From Candidatus Aminicenantes bacterium (GTDB taxonomy: Bacteria > Acidobacteriota > Aminicenantia > Aminicenantales > UBA4085), in assembly GCA_963803915.1 (NCBI GenBank), contig CAWDOL010000015.1:140013-204012 (forward strand): a DNA stretch of 64,000 bases, written 5' to 3'. This document shows, piece after piece, positions 55,998 to 64,000 of the stretch (position 1 is its first letter; every line of letters begins with the position of its first letter). A model generated the notes under the pieces. That model did no database searches. It saw only the letters and a program-made list of their open reading frames with translations, and was not told where the DNA came from. The position numbers were made by a program, and so were the translations under genes.

Positions 55998-57557
55998 TCA
56001 GGCCGGCCGCGCGGCTTTCCAACCGGCGTGGAGCTCGCGGCTCAGGCGATCCACCAGCGCTTCTTGGCCGGGCTTGCCGGCCAGGTTGATGTTCTCGGCC
56101 GGATCTTTCCCGTGGTCATAGAGCTCCCGTGCGACCAGGGCGTGATCCGGGGAAAACCATTCGGTGTATCGGTACCGGTCCGTTCGCATCGTCCGGCCGT
56201 AGATCCCCCTGCGCCGTGAATGCTCCTGGGAGAAAGCGGCTTTTTTCCAGCTCCGCCCCGGATTCCGCATCAGGGGGACGAGGCTCGCTCCTTCGAGGTT
56301 TCGGGGCACGGGCAGACCGGCCAGCTCGCACAGCGTCGGATAGATGTCGACGAACTCCGAGAGGCCGTCCGTCGCCGCGCCCGGCTTGTCTTGCCCGGGA
56401 GCGGCGATGATGAGCGGCGAGTGCGTTCCCCGCTCGAAATTCGTCATCTTGCCCCAGATGTCGTTCTCCCCCAGGTGCCAGCCGTGGTCCCCCCAGAGGC
56501 AGATGATGGTATCGTCGCGCAAGCCCAGCCGGTCCAGCTCGCCGATCACGCGGCCGACCATGGCGTCGACGTAGCTCACGCAGGCGCAATAGGCCCGGAT
56601 CACCTCGAGCTGCTTTGCCTCCGGGATCGAACCCTCCTTGGGCATGTCTTTGTATACCCGCGGCTCCTCGGGGGATGGGAAGGCGCAGGCCGGCGCCCCG
56701 TCGGGGGCAAACGGATTTTCGGCCCGGCGGATGCTCTCGGGAGGATAGAGGTCGAAGTATTTTTTGGGGGCAACGAAGGGCAGATGCGGCCGGATGAAGC
56801 CGACGCACAGGAAGAACGGCTCGGCCCGCGAGCTGTAGGCGTTCAGGAGCTCGACGGCTTTGTCGGCCGTCTTACCGTCGGTCAGGTGATTGTCGGGGCA
56901 ATCCGCGCTCTCCCAGACCGGCCCGTGGACGGCCACGCGGCTTCCCAGCTTGAGGACCAGGCCTGTCTTGGGATCCGTCCGAGGGGGCGTTCGCTCGACC
57001 TGCTGACCGCGGGCCAGCGCGGCCTGGGTGTCCTCCTCGAGCTCGGCCAGGATCTTCTGATCGACGTACGTCGCGGCCTTCGGCGCCCAATGGGGATCGC
57101 TCCACGAGCGCGGATCGTCCAGGCCGCCGTGGAAGATCTTGCTCAGCCCCCGGGTTCGGTATCCGTTCTCCTTGAAATATTGGGGCAGGGTCACGGCGTC
57201 CGGGATGTTGACGCGAAAATGAGTCTGTAGATCATAGATTCCGGTGGTGTCCGGCCGTAAGCCGGTGAGGAGCGAGGCCCGCGACGGATTGCAGATCGAT
57301 TGCTGGCAATACGCCCGGCGGAAGAGAGTTCCCCGCGCGGCCAGGGCGTCGATGTGCGGGGTCTTCATCAGCGGCGTCCCGTAGCAGCCGAGCTGGGGCC
57401 TGAGGTCGTCGACGGCGATGAAGAGGATATTCGGCCGCCGGCGGGGGCCGGATTGCGTCACGCCTGGAATCCCGCCCTTGTAGGCTCGAGATACGAGGGC
57501 GGAGGTGCCGGCCGCGAGGCCGTAGCTCAGGATCTCTCGACGGGATAGGGGCGCCAT
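55998..57557 (-). CDS. Sulfatase (formylglycine-dependent; iduronate-2-sulfatase-like) with Tat-type signal
   Basis: ATG at 57557. MAPLSRREILSYGLAAG. NILFIAVDDLRP. CQQSICNPSRASLLTG (C-x-P-x-R). GDHGWHLGE. Confidence 0.85.
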   Translation of the reverse strand: MAPLSRREILSYGLAAGTSALVSRAYKGGIPGVTQSGPRRRPNILFIAVDDLRPQLGCYGTPLMKTPHIDALAARGTLFRRAYCQQSICNPSRASLLTGLRPDTTGIYDLQTHFRVNIPDAVTLPQYFKENGYRTRGLSKIFHGGLDDPRSWSDPHWAPKAATYVDQKILAELEEDTQAALARGQQVERTPPRTDPKTGLVLKLGSRVAVHGPVWESADCPDNHLTDGKTADKAVELLNAYSSRAEPFFLCVGFIRPHLPFVAPKKYFDLYPPESIRRAENPFAPDGAPACAFPSPEEPRVYKDMPKEGSIPEAKQLEVIRAYCACVSYVDAMVGRVIGELDRLGLRDDTIICLWGDHGWHLGENDIWGKMTNFERGTHSPLIIAAPGQDKPGAATDGLSEFVDIYPTLCELAGLPVPRNLEGASLVPLMRNPGRSWKKAAFSQEHSRRRGIYGRTMRTDRYRYTEWFSPDHALVARELYDHGKDPAENINLAGKPGQEALVDRLSRELHAGWKAARPA

Positions 57558-57692
57558 GGCGATCCTCTCTATTCTATGGGCTTGGTTTTGAATACGGGAT
57601 AATCCGGAGGCTGTCAAGGGATTTCCGCATCCAGGCGGAAGCGCGTTCAGCCAGGGGATAAGCCGGAAGAGCCGGTTTTCTGCGGGGGCGTC

Positions 57693-57725
57693 TTTGAAGT
57701 CTGGAGGGGCCACCGGGCCCCGTGC
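57693..57725 (-). pseudogene. Fragment of selC (anticodon loop to D-arm only)
   Basis: TTTGAAGTCTGGAGGGGCCACCGGGCCCCGTGC compares with TTTGAAGTCCGGAGGGGCCACCAGGCCCCGTGC at 53254-53286. The acceptor, variable and T arms are absent. Confidence 0.6.
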
Positions 57726-57767
57726 TTTTCTTTATAAGTCCATCCGGTGGGAACAAGGAACATGTGC

Positions 57768-57796
57768 TTGAAGAGTCCCGACTCGTGGTCTACAAT
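57768..57796 (+). promoter_or_regulatory. Sigma70-like promoter candidate for esterase copy 2
   Basis: TTGAAG (57768-57773), a 17-nt spacer, then TACAAT (57791-57796), about 50 nt upstream of the ATG at 57849. Confidence 0.35.
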
Positions 57797-57848
57797 CGCA
57801 CCAAGTCCCAAGGCTTTTTCGGGTTTATGCTTCCGGAGAAAAAGGCGC

Positions 57849-59654
57849 ATGCACACGCGGAAAGAGGAATATGGAAAAAGACGAGTCAATTTATTATCAG
57901 GTTTTCTCCTATCAGGGCTTCTGTCCGGATCGCTGCTCCAGGCCCAGGTCCAGCCGGCTCATGTTTTCGACCATAATATGGTGTTGCAGCGCGACAAACC
58001 GGTCAGAATCTGGGGCTGGGCGGCACCGGATGAGCAGGTAAAAGTCGAATTCGGAGGACAAGTTAAGTCAACGGTTGCCAACCCGCAAGGTGAATGGTGC
58101 GCCTGGCTGGATGCCATGAGCGCAAACGCTCAACCCTCGGATATGAGAATTTCAGGCCGGGCGAGCTCCGTGCGGTTCACGAATGTTCTGGTCGGGGATG
58201 TTTGGGTTCTGGGAGGTCAAAGCAATATGGAGTTTGACTTGGCCCGAATTTTCCACGGTGACGCGGAAATTCTGTCGGCTCATTTCCCCTTGGTTCGCCT
58301 GATGACCATACCCAGTTCGGCCGATCTGAAGCCCCGTAAAGACTTTGAACGCATCAATGAGTACGACAGCTGGCTCGACCGGTTTGACAAAAAGGGATTC
58401 TGGTTTCCATGTTCGCCGGAAACGGTTCCCACTTTCTCAGGAATAGGCTATGTCTTCGGCAGGCGCCTCCATCTGGCCGCTCAAGTTCCCATCGGTTTGG
58501 TGGACGTATCATTGGGCGGCACCACCGTCGAGGCCTGGATCTCTCCGCGGACGCTCATTAAAATGCCCGAAAACCGTTCCCTGCTGAAGCAATGGAATGA
58601 AAGAGCGGCCGACTATGATCCGGATAAGGATCTCAAGGAGAGAATCAAGAACTGGGAGACTCGAAGCGCGGAGAGGCGGGAAAAGGGCCTGGAGACGGAG
58701 CCTAAGCCCGTGGTACCTTCTCCCTATCCCGCTTTTGACCGGAATTTTCCCGGTTCATCCTATACGGGGATGGTGTCCGTGATAGCCGGGCTGGCCGTAA
58801 AAGGCGTCGTGTTTCATCAGGGCTATAATAATGCCCTTGATGATTCCCGGCCCAAGCAGTATGCATCCAACTTCAAGGCGCTGATCAACGATTGGAGAGA
58901 AACGTTTCAGGATGCGAATTTGCCCTTCGGCATCATTGAGTTCAGCGCCGGCGGGGAACCGCAAACCCTCGCTAATTACGAGGTCAGGATGTTGGATCCG
59001 TCGCCGTTTGTTCGTGAAGCGCAGCTTAACGCCTTTCGGACTGTTCCCCATACCGGATTTGTTTGCTCCTATGACCAGCAGGTCAACTGGTACCATCCCC
59101 AGAAAAAGGTGGACGCCGCCGAAAGGATGGCGCGTTGGGCTTTATCGACGCAGTATGGTTTCAGCCTCAAATGGGAGCCGGCCCTTTGCACGAATGTGGA
59201 AAGACGGAAAGATAAAATCGTCATCACCTTCGATAAGGAGGTGAAAGCTTCCGATGACCGGCCTTTCGAAGGCTTCTCCACGGCGGGGAGTGATCGCCAT
59301 TTCTTTCCTGCCCAAGCGGCTTATGGGATGACAAAAAATGATAAAGGGCAGCAGGTATTCGATAAAAAAAGGATTGAGGTGTGGAATAGCCTATGTGCTG
59401 ATCCGGTCGAGGTCCGCTATGCCTGGGCCCGAAATCCGTTGGGAAATCTGGTTAGCTTGGAGTGCCCGATCATTCCCGTGCCGCCGTTTCGAACCGATGA
59501 TTGGAGCTATCCTGAAGCTCCTTATCAACCGGATGAGTATGCGGCTCATAGAATTCGAATGAAAGAAATGCGAAGGCAGGCGGAAGAGCTGGCGAGACTC
59601 AGGGTCCTTCGGGAGGCCGAACAAAAATTGAACCAGAGAGAGAGACTGAAATAA
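57849..59654 (+). CDS. Sialate O-acetylesterase family (SASA/DUF303), copy 2
   Basis: Collinear with 25424-27253 with scattered substitutions (LVRLMTIPSSADLKPRKDF vs LIRLMTVPSSADLKPQKDF). Has GGQSNMEFDL. Nt homology starts at 57852 / 25453. Confidence 0.85.
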   Translation: MHTRKEEYGKRRVNLLSGFLLSGLLSGSLLQAQVQPAHVFDHNMVLQRDKPVRIWGWAAPDEQVKVEFGGQVKSTVANPQGEWCAWLDAMSANAQPSDMRISGRASSVRFTNVLVGDVWVLGGQSNMEFDLARIFHGDAEILSAHFPLVRLMTIPSSADLKPRKDFERINEYDSWLDRFDKKGFWFPCSPETVPTFSGIGYVFGRRLHLAAQVPIGLVDVSLGGTTVEAWISPRTLIKMPENRSLLKQWNERAADYDPDKDLKERIKNWETRSAERREKGLETEPKPVVPSPYPAFDRNFPGSSYTGMVSVIAGLAVKGVVFHQGYNNALDDSRPKQYASNFKALINDWRETFQDANLPFGIIEFSAGGEPQTLANYEVRMLDPSPFVREAQLNAFRTVPHTGFVCSYDQQVNWYHPQKKVDAAERMARWALSTQYGFSLKWEPALCTNVERRKDKIVITFDKEVKASDDRPFEGFSTAGSDRHFFPAQAAYGMTKNDKGQQVFDKKRIEVWNSLCADPVEVRYAWARNPLGNLVSLECPIIPVPPFRTDDWSYPEAPYQPDEYAAHRIRMKEMRRQAEELARLRVLREAEQKLNQRERLK

Positions 59655-59682
59655 ACACAAGGCTTACGACGTCCGTCTCTTG

Positions 59683-59803
59683 TTCATAGGCAGAGGAACC
59701 CCTGCGTGCCCGGCGCCGTCTGGCCCGGCTGATAAATGAACTCGACCCTCTTGCGCGCATCCGGAGCCTGCACGACGATGGATTGCGCGGCGAAATCCGC
59801 CGG
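59683..59803 (-). pseudogene. Deletion-riddled remnant of the GH2-like gene
   Basis: 59683-59690 matches 27282-27289 (stop region). 59691-59718 matches 27632-27659. 59723-59803 matches 29350-29430. The intervening 342 bp and 1690 bp, and everything 5' of 29431, are missing. Confidence 0.65.
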
Positions 59804-59836
59804 CACGGCGACACCGGCTTTTCCAAAGCCGCCTTG

Positions 59837-61348
59837 TTATGCCCTGGTGATGGCGTTCGAGAATCCGGTAATGCGGCCAATCCAGGCGATGAAGGCCTCC
59901 GGGTCCTCATTGGCGCCGTGCCCGGCGTCCCAGTACAGCCGGGCGTTCACGCCCATGCCTCGGTTCTCGAGACGGGCGGCCAGGTTGGCAAAAACGGTCT
60001 GCGACGTGTGATTGTCGGACGTGCCCTGGCGAAGCCACCAGTGCTTGGCGCAGCGGTTGTCGTCCCGACCGATGAAGTCCATGGCGTTCATCATGCTCAC
60101 CACCGTCTTCAGGTCGTCGCCGATTTCGGCGCTCTTGTCGCCGGTGGTGTTCCGCAGGCTGAAGTCGGTGAAATGCCTAGCGTTGGTCGTCTTGTCGCCG
60201 AAGAGGATGGTCTCGGGCTGCTTCAGATCGAAATCGTCGAAGGCGGGCAGGGCTTTCATCCGGCCGGCATGGGCGACGAAATCCGCGAAGGTAAACGAGG
60301 CTCCCTTGTCCGTCCAAGCAAGCCACGGGTTCCCGGCCAGATATTCCTTGCGCTTCTCCTCGGCCAAGCTTCGAAGATACTTGTCGGCCGCGGGAATCAG
60401 GTATGTTTGCAATAGGTAAGCGCCGTAGTTATCCGCGGTGATGGCTCCGAAGCCGTTTCTGCCCTCGAGGTTCAGGGCCGCCAGATGCTCGGCGAAGGCG
60501 GCTTTCAGCCGCTTGGACAGCTCCTGGTCCACCAAGCCTGATCGAGCCGGCACGGTGCCGTACATCCATTCATAGGCCATGTCGGCGTGATCCAGGTCGG
60601 TGATGGGGCAGAAGCAAGCACCGGCGAAGATATCGTCGTCCGCGTCGGCGGCGCCGATCTCTCTGAGATAGGCGTCGAAGAGAGGGTTGTTGCCGGACGC
60701 GCCGAGAAGAGCCGAGAGGGCGCCGCCCGCGCTCACGCCGGTCGAGACGATATGATCGACGTTCCCGGGCACGATGCCCTTGTTGTGGCGCAGATAGCGG
60801 ACGGCGGCCTTCAGGTCGACGATGGCGGCCGGCGCCTTGCCGTAGTAAGTGCCGTCGGCGGCCTTGTTGTCGCGTCCGCGGCAGCCCGGCGCCACTACCA
60901 CATAGCCTGCGGCCAGGGCCAGATCGGCGTTGCCGCTGATGCCGGTCCCGCCGGCAAGTCCGCGCATGCCCCGCCCTCCCGAGCCCCCGGCCGCGTTATT
61001 CACGGACATATAGCCGCCGACCCCGATGACGAAGAGGATGGGGGCGTTCGCGGCGTCGACCGCCGCTTCGCCGACCTTGACGGGAGCGCTGACGTTCAGG
61101 CTCTGATAGTCTTTGTCCACGGGGTTCGCGACATAAGGAATGTGTATATAGGAGCGGTAGGTGACTGTCTTGTCGCCCGCCGAGGTTTTGACCGTCTTGG
61201 TTTCCAGGGTGAAGCTGTCCTTGGGAAACAGCAAGGGATCCTGGGCCCGACTCGGGGGTGCGTCGATTGCCTTTCCCGATATCGGCGACAAGCAGAAGGC
61301 GACGACGAGCAGGGTGAGAACTGTCGAGAGATGCCGTGTCGTAATCAT
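59837..61348 (-). CDS. Subtype-B tannase-like alpha/beta hydrolase (TanB-Lp-like), secreted
   Basis: ATG at 61348 with a signal peptide. It is collinear, from memory, with Lactobacillus plantarum tannase: VVVAPGCRGR, DLKAAVRYLRHN, STGVSAGGALSALLGASGN, CPITDLDHADMAYEW, ALPAFDDFDL, AKHWWLRQG. Confidence 0.7.
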   Translation of the reverse strand: MITTRHLSTVLTLLVVAFCLSPISGKAIDAPPSRAQDPLLFPKDSFTLETKTVKTSAGDKTVTYRSYIHIPYVANPVDKDYQSLNVSAPVKVGEAAVDAANAPILFVIGVGGYMSVNNAAGGSGGRGMRGLAGGTGISGNADLALAAGYVVVAPGCRGRDNKAADGTYYGKAPAAIVDLKAAVRYLRHNKGIVPGNVDHIVSTGVSAGGALSALLGASGNNPLFDAYLREIGAADADDDIFAGACFCPITDLDHADMAYEWMYGTVPARSGLVDQELSKRLKAAFAEHLAALNLEGRNGFGAITADNYGAYLLQTYLIPAADKYLRSLAEEKRKEYLAGNPWLAWTDKGASFTFADFVAHAGRMKALPAFDDFDLKQPETILFGDKTTNARHFTDFSLRNTTGDKSAEIGDDLKTVVSMMNAMDFIGRDDNRCAKHWWLRQGTSDNHTSQTVFANLAARLENRGMGVNARLYWDAGHGANEDPEAFIAWIGRITGFSNAITRA

Positions 61349-61481
61349 GGAAGCCCCCTCTACTGGTGGTCCATCTGAAGAGATCCCAGTCAAGCGTAAA
61401 CGCAATAAGGCCATCAAGAAGGGCAACTTGAACCCATACAAAGCGACCGATCGCCATCCCAAGGACAGATAATCCCGTCGA

Positions 61482-63408
61482 TTATTTAAGGACGTGGGCG
61501 TCGCCGCTGCGGCGGGTCAGCTGCGTTTTATCCAGGTATTCCAGGACGGCGCAGGCGTACTTGCGCGAGACCTTGAGCACGTCCTTGGCCTCGGCGATGG
61601 TGATCGAGCGGCGCAGCTTGAGGAACTGGAGCACGGCCGTCTTGGCCTTCTCCAGGGCTTCCTTATGCATCGTGACCTTGGGATCGATGCGCACGAGAAC
61701 GCCCTGCTGGGCCAGCGTGCCCATGATCTTGCGGAATTGGTTGAGGGGCAGGCGCAGCTCCTTGACCACGTCGTCCTCGAGGGGCGGCTCGAAGGCGGCC
61801 CGCTTGAAGATCGCCTCGACCTTGCGGGCCAGGTCCTGATCCTTGTCGACCAGCTTGGCTTGGTGGCCGGGCAGGTTGACGCCTCCCTCGAGGCGGACGA
61901 TGGCCTGGGCGGAGGCGAGGGCGTCTAGGCCTTGGCGCAGCACCGCGTCGCCCGTCTCCCGCCCAAGGGTCGAGGCCAGGTCGGCCGAGGGCATGAACGG
62001 CTTATGGGGATTGTCGGTCAGGTACTTCTTGATCGAAGCGTAGGCCTTGTCTCGCAACGCAGCGAATGCCTCGGCGGGCATATATCGATCGTCCTTCTCG
62101 CCTTTGATCCTGACCAGGCGGCCGGAGGGGATGAGGCCGTCCACGGCGGCGCGGATGATGGCGGTCGTCTTCCCCAGAGCGAGCGAGACGTCTTCGATGG
62201 CGAGCGCCTTGGCCGGATCCTTGCGGAAGAACTGATCGACGGCCTCGGGGAAGGCTCCCTCGAACTTGCGGATTCCGGCCAACGCCGCCTCGTCGAATCT
62301 CTTATGGCGCGCCGGTGAGACGTCGAGCACCTCGCCGCCGCCGATCGTGTTGAGGGGCGAGAACGTGCGGATGATGAAGCGGTCGCCGAAGAGGGCGGTC
62401 GTGGGCGCTTCCAGGACGAACTGGGCCAGCATGGTCTCGCCCGGCAGCATCTTCTCCTTCTCCAGGAGCACGACCCGGGCGATCGTCTCGTCCGTGCCGA
62501 CGTGGAAGCGGACGCGGTCGCGGGTTTTAAGCTCGATGTCCGCGTTCTGGAGCAAGCGCAGGCGGGCGTCGAGCCTCTGCGTCGGCTTCGAAGAACCCGG
62601 GCCGGGCGGCGCATTGGCCGCGCCGCAAGGCGTCCTTCTCTACGTCGTGGATGTTGAGGGCGGTGCGGCGGCCGAGTCCCGAGGCTTCCTGCTTGGACTT
62701 GTGGACCTGGACGCCGCGGATCCGGGTTTCGATCCTCTCGGGCAGGATCTCGATCTTGTCGCCGACTTTCACTTCGCCCGACAGCACCGTCCCGGCGATG
62801 ACCGTGCCGAAGCCGTGCTTGACGAAGACGCGGTCGATAGGCATACGGAAGTAGCCGCAGTCGTCGCGCCTGTCCACGCGCCGGCCGGCCGCCTTCAGCG
62901 CCTCGACCAGGGCGGGCAGGCCCGCTCCCGTATGGGCCGAGACGGGCATGATGGGCGCCTGTTCGAGGAAGGTGCCGGCGACAAAGCCGCGCACCTCGGC
63001 CGTCAGGGCTTCGATGCGCTCCTCGTCCACGAGGTCGGATTTGGACAGGACGATGATGCCCTCGCGCACCGAGAGCAGCCTCAGGATGTCGAAGTGCTCG
63101 CGAGTCTGGACGGAGATGCCCTCGTCGGCGGCGATGACGAACAGCACGGCGTCCACGTTGGAGGCGCCGGCGACCATGGTCTTGACGAACTTCTCGTGGC
63201 CGGGGACATCGATGAAGACGATCTGCTTCTCGTAGTCGGGCAGATCGAGAAAGACGAACCCGAGCTCGATGGTCATGCCCCGCTCTTTCTCCTCGGGCAG
63301 GGTGTCGGGGTCGGTGCCGGTCAGGGCTTTGACCAGGGCGGATTTGCCGTGATCGATGTGGCCGGCGGTGCCGACGATGACGTGGGGCTTTTCGCTCATC
63401 GGGGTCAT
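61482..63408 (-). pseudogene. selB: Selenocysteine-specific elongation factor SelB, one frame break near 62586
   Basis: GTPase motifs GTAGHIDHGKS, DVPGHEKF and SKSD. After ..RGQCAARPGFFE the protein continues in another frame (PTQRLDARLRLLQNADIELKTRDRVRFHVGT..) through the winged-helix C-terminal domains. There is one extra nt (GAA-G-CCG). Confidence 0.85.
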
Positions 63409-63636
63409 GTCTTGCGCTTTGTGGTTTCGCGGGTCCGCCGGGCGTGCCCGCGGCGGCGGTATTATAACACGCCCCGCGTTTGGAGCCGGGTCTTCCGCTT
63501 GACCAGGTTGCTGACGATATCCCGGCCCGTCATGGAGGCGGGGAAGAGGGCTCCGAAGCGGAGGGGGGATGTTCCCGGGAAATATATGGCCAACTTTTTT
63601 TCTCCCGGCAGGGTATATATTAAGGAATCAACGATC

Positions 63637-64000
63637 ATGCTAAAAAACTATATCCATGTCGCCCTGCGGAATCTCCGCCGCCACAAGCTCTATTCGCTGA
63701 TCAACATTTTCGGCTTGGCGGTCGGGATGGCCTGCAGCCTTATCATCTTCCTCCATATCGCCCACGAGTTCAGCTATGACAGGCAAAGCCCGGCCGCCGG
63801 CCGCACATACCGCATCACGGCCGAGTTCCAACGCGGCGAACGCTCCAGCCTCATGCCGTATATTCCGGCCGGACCCACTCTCGCGGCCGAGCTTCCCGAA
63901 GTCGAGGCCGAGGCAAGGCTGTTCACCTACTCCTGGAAGGAAAAAGCCCTGATCGGCGCCGGCCCCCATTCGTTCTATGAAGAGGGCTTCTTCCTGGCCG
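63637..64000 (+). CDS. MacB/FtsX-family ABC permease, N-terminal fragment (3' end outside window)
   Basis: ATG at 63637: MLKNYIHVALRNLRRHKLYSLINIFGLAVGMACSLIIFLHIAHEFSYDR.. The frame stays open to the window end, so it is absent from the ORF track. Confidence 0.7.
   Translation, partial: MLKNYIHVALRNLRRHKLYSLINIFGLAVGMACSLIIFLHIAHEFSYDRQSPAAGRTYRITAEFQRGERSSLMPYIPAGPTLAAELPEVEAEARLFTYSWKEKALIGAGPHSFYEEGFFLA

Noticed and set aside
63640-63969. 109-aa minus-strand ORF at the right end.
   Set aside because: It is antisense to a convincing open-ended MacB/FtsX permease N-terminus starting at the ATG at 63637.
1-64000. Search for CRISPR arrays, integrases/transposases/IS ends, toxin-antitoxin pairs, rRNA, and TGA-interrupted selenoprotein ORFs.
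   Set aside because: I saw no regularly spaced repeats, no recombinase-like ORFs, no rRNA-like sequence, and no same-frame ORF pairs separated by a single TGA. This negative result comes from inspection by eye only.

Overview
This is a high-GC bacterial chromosomal window; hand-sampled stretches run about 62-67% GC. It probably comes from a metagenome-derived, Acidobacteriota-like genome. That call rests only on gene content (a PadR + ADOP-type duplicated MacB/FtsX permease operon, many secreted peptidases and glycan-active enzymes).

I can support about 45 protein genes or remnants, one intact tRNA-Sec (selC), two selC-derived pseudo-copies, and selB. I saw no rRNA, CRISPR array, integrase or transposase.

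Layout:
- 0-10.3 kb: secreted peptidases (S8 with FG-GAP repeats, M14, M20), WG-repeat and VOC proteins, plus short relics of genes found elsewhere in the window.
- 10.36-12.29 kb: a lower-GC two-gene islet of HNH nucleases, each fused to a different putative modified-DNA reader domain. This is my best candidate for an undescribed defence module.
- 12.3-22.1 kb: OCD/aminotransferase pair, DUF1566-MBL fusion, PadR-ADOP operon, methyltransferase, metallophosphoesterase.
- 22.6-25.0 kb: an island at roughly 25-37% GC carrying tandem PD40 beta-propeller paralogs. It is bounded by promoter-like direct repeats and a pseudo-selC.
- 25.4-30.2 kb: a sialate-O-acetylesterase + GH2-like pair. A deletion-decayed second copy lies at 57.7-59.8 kb.
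- 31.7-42.3 kb: part of a divergent catabolic locus (SSS transporter, class-III aminotransferase, M20, dehydrogenases, RraA-like protein, heparinase II/III-like protein). At least 16 reading-frame breaks are concentrated here. They reflect either real decay or unpolished indels.
- 42.6-64 kb: AGE-like protein, amidohydrolases, transglutaminase-like protein, 2-hydroxyacid dehydrogenase, beta-propeller, CPBP protease, tricorn-like S41 protease, selC, CDF transporter, sulfatase, tannase-like hydrolase, frameshifted selB, and a partial MacB-like permease.

All family calls come from motif recognition by eye. No database search was run.
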